Source of the DNA: an uncultured Verrucomicrobiota bacterium | GTDB taxonomy: Bacteria > Verrucomicrobiota > Verrucomicrobiia > Limisphaerales > UBA9464 | Direction of reading: 5' to 3' | DNA length: 64,000 bases | NCBI GenBank assembly: GCA_903880005.1 | Contig: CAIRNV010000291.1 | Location: forward strand, 22,265 to 86,264 | Shown here: positions 59,263 through 64,000 of the stretch, piece after piece | Numbering within the stretch: position 1 is the stretch's first letter | Layout: every line of letters starts with the position of its first letter | The notes under the pieces: generated by a model | Databases searched by the model: none | What the model was told of the DNA's origin: nothing | The model's input: only the letters and a program-made list of their open reading frames with translations | Position numbers and translations under genes: made by a program

Positions 59263-60750
59263 TCATTTCCCAACCACAACCGGCGTCTCCTGGCCCGTCA
59301 GCAAGGCCACCACCGGCTTCCGGTACGGCCCAAAAACCCTCGCCAACATCCAGGCCACGTTAGCCACGAAGGCCAAGTGCCCAAGCCCAAGCAACAAACC
59401 CGCGCACGTGCGAAGCTTGAGCCAAGGCAGCGTCCCCTCCACCACCTTGAGGAAGGGCACCGACGCATCGTTCATCGCCAAGCCTTGAAGGAAGCCGCCG
59501 ACGCTCAGCGGAACCACGTACAGGAACAAGCCCAGCGTGCACGCCCAGAAATGGACCGATACCAACCCGAGGCAGGGCCACTCACGGCACGTGATGCGCG
59601 GCAGCACGTAGTACAAGGACCCGAACATCACCATCGTGAAGAAGCCATACACGCCGAGGTGCGCATGGGCGATCGTGTGGTGCGTGAAATGCACCACCTC
59701 GCTGTACGACCTCAGCGAGTTCGCGATACCCTGGAGGCTCGTGAGCGTGTAGCAAACGGCCCCCAGCACCACGAAGCGCAGCGTGGGACTATGCCAAAGC
59801 TTCGAGAAATGACCCCACATCGTGAAATGATGGTTGATCGCCACCACCGTCACCGGCACCAGCATCATCACGCTCGCCACGATCGACACCGTGATCATCC
59901 ACGCGGGCAGCGGCCCGCCAATCAGGTGGTGCAACCCGTTCCAGTTGTAGAACAAGGCCAGCGACCAGAAGCCAAGCACGCTCAGGTAATAGGAGTGGAT
60001 GGGGCGTCCGATGACCTTCGGAATAAAATAGTAGATCGCACCCAGCCCGATCGGCGTGAACCACAAGCCCAGGACGTTGTGTGCAAACCACCAGTTGACG
60101 GCGGCTTGAACCGTCCCACGCACCGGCTCCATCACCAGCATGATCTGCGCGGTCGCATACAACCAAGGGAACCACAGCAGCGCCGCCAGCAGGTACCATT
60201 GGGACACATACAAATGACGCTCGGTCCGGAGCCGGAACGTGATCACCGACCACACGGCGATCATGGCGTAGCTCACGAACAGGATGGGCGTCGCGTATCG
60301 CGGCATCTCCAGCCACTCAATGGAGGTCGAGTCCCCCGCGAGGATTCCCGCCGTCCCCACCGTCAGGCCCAAGTTCCAAAACACCGCCGCCACCGTGGCC
60401 AACCCCGGAGCCACGAAGGGGACCCGGCACAGCCGGCACATCAGCCACAGCGTCACGCCAATCCCCGTCTGCGACGCCCACCCGTAGATCACGGTGTTGA
60501 GATGAGCGGGACGCACGCGCCCAAACGTCAGGAACTCCCACGACGCAAGAAACCCAGGATGGTGCAGCTTGATGCTGGCCACCAACGCCAACAACGTGCC
60601 CAGCAAGAGCCACGCAAGGCCGCTGACCACGAAGAAAAGAACCGGCACGCGGCACGACGCGTCGATCTCCGCCAGCAACGCCCGGCGGCCGTCCCCGGCT
60701 GGCACGTCACCCGGCATCAAAGCCGAAAGGGTCTTGGAGGGCGCACTCAT
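59263..60750 (-). CDS. ccoN: cbb3-type cytochrome c oxidase subunit I (CcoN/FixN)
   Basis: 495-aa polytopic ORF with heme-copper His ligand contexts (NWWFAHNVLGLW, FTHHTIAHAHLGVYGFF) and N-terminal RPAHLNTVIYGW. Confidence 0.9.
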   Translation of the reverse strand: MSAPSKTLSALMPGDVPAGDGRRALLAEIDASCRVPVLFFVVSGLAWLLLGTLLALVASIKLHHPGFLASWEFLTFGRVRPAHLNTVIYGWASQTGIGVTLWLMCRLCRVPFVAPGLATVAAVFWNLGLTVGTAGILAGDSTSIEWLEMPRYATPILFVSYAMIAVWSVITFRLRTERHLYVSQWYLLAALLWFPWLYATAQIMLVMEPVRGTVQAAVNWWFAHNVLGLWFTPIGLGAIYYFIPKVIGRPIHSYYLSVLGFWSLALFYNWNGLHHLIGGPLPAWMITVSIVASVMMLVPVTVVAINHHFTMWGHFSKLWHSPTLRFVVLGAVCYTLTSLQGIANSLRSYSEVVHFTHHTIAHAHLGVYGFFTMVMFGSLYYVLPRITCREWPCLGLVSVHFWACTLGLFLYVVPLSVGGFLQGLAMNDASVPFLKVVEGTLPWLKLRTCAGLLLGLGHLAFVANVAWMLARVFGPYRKPVVALLTGQETPVVVGK

Positions 60751-60941
60751 CGCTTCGACGTCCTTTGGTTCAAGATGATGTCCGTCGCCTCACCCACCGG
60801 CTCCGCCTCGTCGAACGGCAGCAAGGCCGCCCGCTCCGGCATTTGGAATTCCCCGTGGCCCACCGCCCACCGCAACGCCCAAAGCGCCACGGCCGGAACC
60901 GCCAAGGAGCCCGCCGCCATCAGGAGAAACATCGGGGTCAT
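60747..60941 (-). CDS. ccoS: CcoS/FixS-like cbb3 oxidase maturation miniprotein
   Basis: The internal ATG at 60941 gives MTPMFLLMAAGSLAVPAVALWALRWAVGHGEFQMPERAALLPFDEAEP (64 aa, one TM segment plus an acidic tail). Its stop overlaps the ccoN ATG as ATGA. Confidence 0.6.
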   Translation of the reverse strand: MTPMFLLMAAGSLAVPAVALWALRWAVGHGEFQMPERAALLPFDEAEPVGEATDIILNQRTSKR

Positions 60942-60972
60942 CGTCACTCTGTATCCTGTGCGTCCGCCGACA

Positions 60973-61332
60973 TCACTCGAAGCTCTGCGTCTTCTTCGAC
61001 GCCTCCAGTCGCTCCAGCAACTTCGCGCGGCCCTGGCCGGCGTCCTTGCCCCATTCGGCCACCAACACCTCCATCGCCCGGTCAATCGACAAGCGGGCGA
61101 GGTTTTCCTTGCTCCCGTCGATCGCAAAACGAGCCAAATCCGCCTTCGCCTCTTGTTCCAGCTTTTCGCGAACCGCCAAGCGGTTCCTCGCGGCGGCGGC
61201 GTCCACCTCGCCCTCACCCCGCCCCACCACCAGCCATGCCAAGGCTCCGATGATAAGGAACGAGCCGAGGACGCCGACGAACGATGCCAAAACCTTGCGC
61301 ATCCGGGCCGAGCAGCATGTGTTGTCGCTCAT
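60973..61332 (-). CDS. single-TM membrane protein between actF and ccoS (possible accessory ACIII/oxidase subunit)
   Basis: The first codon of track ORF 60973..61344 is TTG, so I prefer ATG 61332 (MSDNTCCSARMRKVLASFVGVLGSFLIIGALAWLVV), followed by a soluble helical domain. It lies 8 nt after the actF stop. Confidence 0.55.
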   Translation of the reverse strand: MSDNTCCSARMRKVLASFVGVLGSFLIIGALAWLVVGRGEGEVDAAAARNRLAVREKLEQEAKADLARFAIDGSKENLARLSIDRAMEVLVAEWGKDAGQGRAKLLERLEASKKTQSFE

Positions 61333-61340
61333 GGTCGTGA

Positions 61341-62645
61341 TCAATGGTGGGTGGCGGCGCCCGCCGCCGGGATTTCATGGTGCGTCACCGCCTCCTTGAG
61401 GCGGGGATCCCGCAGGGGATACGGGGCGGCCGACCCATAGTTCTTGAGGAACATGAAGCCCAGGAACCCGGCCATGCCAAGCCACAGCAGCGGATCCAGC
61501 AGGGAGAACTCAGGCCCCTCCGGGAAGCACACGGGCATCACGTTGAACGTCATGTCCACGTAGTGCATCAGCCATGCCCAAGCCGCCATCGGCAGCATGA
61601 TCGCAGGATTCAGCTTCACGTCCTGGTTCAGCAACGTCAGGAAAGGCACGAAGAAATGGCCGAACAAGATCGTGAACCCCACCCACTTCCAAGCCCCGTG
61701 CTCGCGCCGCACGTACCAGAAGGTCTCCTCGGGGATCGCGGCGTTCCAAATCAGGAAGTACTGCGAGAAGTGGATGTAGGCGTAGAACACCGTGAACGCG
61801 AAGAACCAAACACCCACGTCCTGGACCTGACGCTTGTGGACCACGCCCTTCAACGTGCCCTTGTCCCGCAGCCAAAGGATGATCACCCAAACGGTGATCA
61901 ACGTCGTCCAGACGCTCCCGGCGAAGTAGTAAACGCCGTACATCGTGCTGAAGAACTGGTGCTGCAACGACTTCATCAGGTAGAAGCACCCCAGGGTCAG
62001 GGAGAAGGCAAAATAGAAGATGCCGCCCGCCGCCAACACCCGGGCCTTCCTCGTCCAAATCGCGGCCCCGTCCTTGTCCTGGGCCAACGACCACTTCCTA
62101 AATGTGCGGGCAATCCAGCCCCAGCTCAGCACCAGGGCGGGCAGCAACAGGTTGAAGCCATACTTGTTGAAGAGGACCTTCTTGACGTCCAAGGAGTGGT
62201 CCGTCGCCGGGTCAATCGACAACCAAGGATAGATGTCCTTTTGCAGCACAAGGACCGGGACGAGCAACACCGCCATCCACGGGAACAACAGGCTCGACAA
62301 CTGCTCCGCCACGCGGCGCACCGGAACCGACCACGCCGCGTCAAACAAATGATGGATGAAGACCAGGAACAGGGACCCGATGCAAAGGCTCAGGCAAAAC
62401 ATGTAGGCGGTCAGGTATCGGTGGCCCAAGACCCGGGCAAACGAGGGGGCCTCGCCCGGATGCGAGTGCCCGGCATGGCCGTCGTCCGATGCCGCCTTGG
62501 CCTCGCCGTGGGCTGCCGCGCCTGCCTTGGCCTCGGCCTTCGCCGGGGCGTCCTCGGCCATGGCCCTCCCGAGGCCAACGACCATCGCCAGCGACAGCCC
62601 CAGCACCGCCACGAGCGGCCGCATCCAATTGATCAGCGTCTTCAT
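61341..62645 (-). CDS. actF: alternative complex III subunit ActF (NrfD-like quinol-interacting membrane subunit)
   Basis: 434-aa polytopic ORF with a signal-like N-terminus and a His-rich linker. It follows actE in the canonical actC-D-E-F order, and the NrfD-like segment HFSQYFLIWNAAIPEE is present. Confidence 0.7.
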   Translation of the reverse strand: MKTLINWMRPLVAVLGLSLAMVVGLGRAMAEDAPAKAEAKAGAAAHGEAKAASDDGHAGHSHPGEAPSFARVLGHRYLTAYMFCLSLCIGSLFLVFIHHLFDAAWSVPVRRVAEQLSSLLFPWMAVLLVPVLVLQKDIYPWLSIDPATDHSLDVKKVLFNKYGFNLLLPALVLSWGWIARTFRKWSLAQDKDGAAIWTRKARVLAAGGIFYFAFSLTLGCFYLMKSLQHQFFSTMYGVYYFAGSVWTTLITVWVIILWLRDKGTLKGVVHKRQVQDVGVWFFAFTVFYAYIHFSQYFLIWNAAIPEETFWYVRREHGAWKWVGFTILFGHFFVPFLTLLNQDVKLNPAIMLPMAAWAWLMHYVDMTFNVMPVCFPEGPEFSLLDPLLWLGMAGFLGFMFLKNYGSAAPYPLRDPRLKEAVTHHEIPAAGAATHH

Positions 62646-62653
62646 CGAAATCC

Positions 62654-63280
62654 TTACTTCAACGTCGCCCGCACCGCGTCAGGAACCTCTTCCTTCTTGC
62701 CGAGGCGGCTCACTTGCAACGCCCTCACGTAGGCCACGACCGCCCACCGATCATTGGGGACCAGCTTGTCCGCGTAAGGGTACATCAGGTTCTTCCCGTA
62801 AGTGATCGTGTTGAAGATCTCGCCGTCGGCCATCTTGATGAGCCGCTCGTCATGCAACTTCGCCACGGCCGCCATCCCAAACTTCGTGGTGAAACCATTG
62901 CCGTCTCCGGCCAATCCATGGCAGGGGGCGCAGTAAATGTCGTAGCGTTCACGCCCACGACGGACCAACTCCGCCGTCACAGACAACGGGTTGGCATCCA
63001 CCCATGCACCGTCCGCCTTCTTTCCCGTGGCGGTTTCGTCAAGGGCCCGGGCGGACTCCCGCGAGACGGTCCCCGCCGGGTGAACGCGGCTGCTCTTGCC
63101 ATCGGCAAAACCCGCGAACCCAGCCGTCGTCTGCGGCCTCAACTTGGGCTGCCGGTCCATGTCCGGGAAAACCTCGAGGGGCGGCTTGCGAGACAACCCG
63201 CCGCGCAGGCCGGCGACGCTCACCACGGTGACCACCGCCAGGGCCCAGATGGACAGGAAATATACGAGGAACTTGCGCAT
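62654..63280 (-). CDS. actE: alternative complex III subunit ActE (monoheme cytochrome c)
   Basis: The internal ATG at 63280 gives MRKFLVYFLSIWALAVVTVVSVAG. The heme motif YCAPCHGLAGDGNG and DRWAVVAYVRALQ are present. Confidence 0.75.
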   Translation of the reverse strand: MRKFLVYFLSIWALAVVTVVSVAGLRGGLSRKPPLEVFPDMDRQPKLRPQTTAGFAGFADGKSSRVHPAGTVSRESARALDETATGKKADGAWVDANPLSVTAELVRRGRERYDIYCAPCHGLAGDGNGFTTKFGMAAVAKLHDERLIKMADGEIFNTITYGKNLMYPYADKLVPNDRWAVVAYVRALQVSRLGKKEEVPDAVRATLK

Positions 63281-63281
63281 G

Positions 63282-63827
63282 TCAGGCCTCCACGATCTCC
63301 ACCGCGCTCGCATGGCACTTGTCCTTAAGGAAGGCGCGCGTCGCCTCCTCCGAGAACTTGGGATCCCCCGACTCGATGCAGATGAAGAAGCGGTCGTCGG
63401 AGGCCTTCTTGAAGCGGTTGTTGCGGAGCAACGGGTTGTGCAACCGAGGCAGGCCGTTCAGCAACAGCATCCCAAACAACGTCCCAAACGACCCCAGCAG
63501 GATCGTCAGCTCATAGGACACCGGGAACGCAAACAACGGCGTGAAGAGCGGCTTGCCGCCCACCACCAGGCCGTAGTCGAACTTGTTCATGAACCAAATC
63601 ATGCTCATGCCCGTCGTGAAGCCGGTCACCCCGCCCACGAACGTGAACCAGCCCACCTTGGACTTCTTAACGCCCATCGCGTCGTCCATCCCATGGATGG
63701 GGAAGGGCGTGTAAACGTCCCATTGGGTGAAGCCGGCATCCCGGCACTGGATGGCCGCGTCCATGATGCCCGCCGCCGTGTCGAACTCGGCCAGGATGCC
63801 GTGGGGCTTGTTGCCTGTGGCGCTCAT
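63282..63827 (-). CDS. actD: alternative complex III subunit ActD (DUF3341-type)
   Basis: 181-aa ORF starting HGILAEFDTAAGIMDAAIQCRDAGFTQWDVYTPFPIHG, with two TM segments in the middle. This is the typical ActD layout. Confidence 0.75.
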   Translation of the reverse strand: MSATGNKPHGILAEFDTAAGIMDAAIQCRDAGFTQWDVYTPFPIHGMDDAMGVKKSKVGWFTFVGGVTGFTTGMSMIWFMNKFDYGLVVGGKPLFTPLFAFPVSYELTILLGSFGTLFGMLLLNGLPRLHNPLLRNNRFKKASDDRFFICIESGDPKFSEEATRAFLKDKCHASAVEIVEA

Positions 63828-63850
63828 GCTCTGGATTCCTTTCGCCTGCC

Positions 63851-64000
63851 TTAGTGATGGTCCTTTGCCCCGCCCAACGGGTGGTGGGGATCCGCCTGGG
63901 GCGTCACGCCCTTGACCTCGCTGATCGCAATCGCCGGCAGGAACCGGATGAACAGCAGGAACAGCGTCATGAAGAGGCCGAAGCTCCCCACGAACGTGAG
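63851..64000 (-). CDS. actC: alternative complex III subunit ActC (NrfD-like), C-terminal ~49 aa only
   Basis: My translation of the reverse strand gives [49 protein letters not shown]-stop (stop at 63851..63853). The gene is open at the window end. The identity is assigned mainly from its position upstream of actD. Confidence 0.55.
   Translation of the reverse strand, partial: LTFVGSFGLFMTLFLLFIRFLPAIAISEVKGVTPQADPHHPLGGAKDHH

Overview
The window is a GC-rich bacterial chromosome segment. By eye it is about two-thirds G+C; this was not computed. Gene content points to the Verrucomicrobia/PVC group: an exosortase with EpsI, PEP-CTERM proteins, prepilin-like H-X9-DG proteins, a PVC-type dehydrogenase/cytochrome c protein, an ECF sigma paired with a Ser/Thr kinase-WD40 protein, and alternative complex III next to a cbb3 oxidase.

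Most of the window is housekeeping:
- nuoB-H, but no nuoA, with a tRNA-Gln lying antisense between nuoE and nuoF
- mutS, valS, folD, zwf, and a tpiA-secG-opp-moeA string
- ACIII actC-F followed by ccoS, ccoN, ccoO and a cytochrome c

The most interesting locus is 38.16-41.52 kb. A region matching the cobalamin riboswitch core, followed by a leader terminator, precedes four genes. These genes overlap start-to-stop and have no known B12 role: a PEP-CTERM protein, a Cys-rich miniprotein with a TTG start, a secreted protein, and an H-X9-DG pseudopilin-like protein.

Other notable points:
- a sigma-54 activator and histidine kinase bracket a one-gene unit that has its own sigma-54 promoter and terminator
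- a MITE-like inverted-repeat element occurs in at least 9 intergenic copies (long, short and hairpin-only forms), and its tip coincides with the stop codon of three genes
- a mosaic of GC-rich hairpins recurs at three loci
- prfC is truncated to its GTPase domain
- a perfect TGTGA-N6-TCACA palindrome lies upstream of nuoB

Limits: all calls rest on motif recognition and manual translation. Non-CDS coordinates are accurate to a few nt. The first M in the ORF track is sometimes a TTG or GTG codon. Many very long ORFs are antisense or frame artefacts of high GC content and were rejected.
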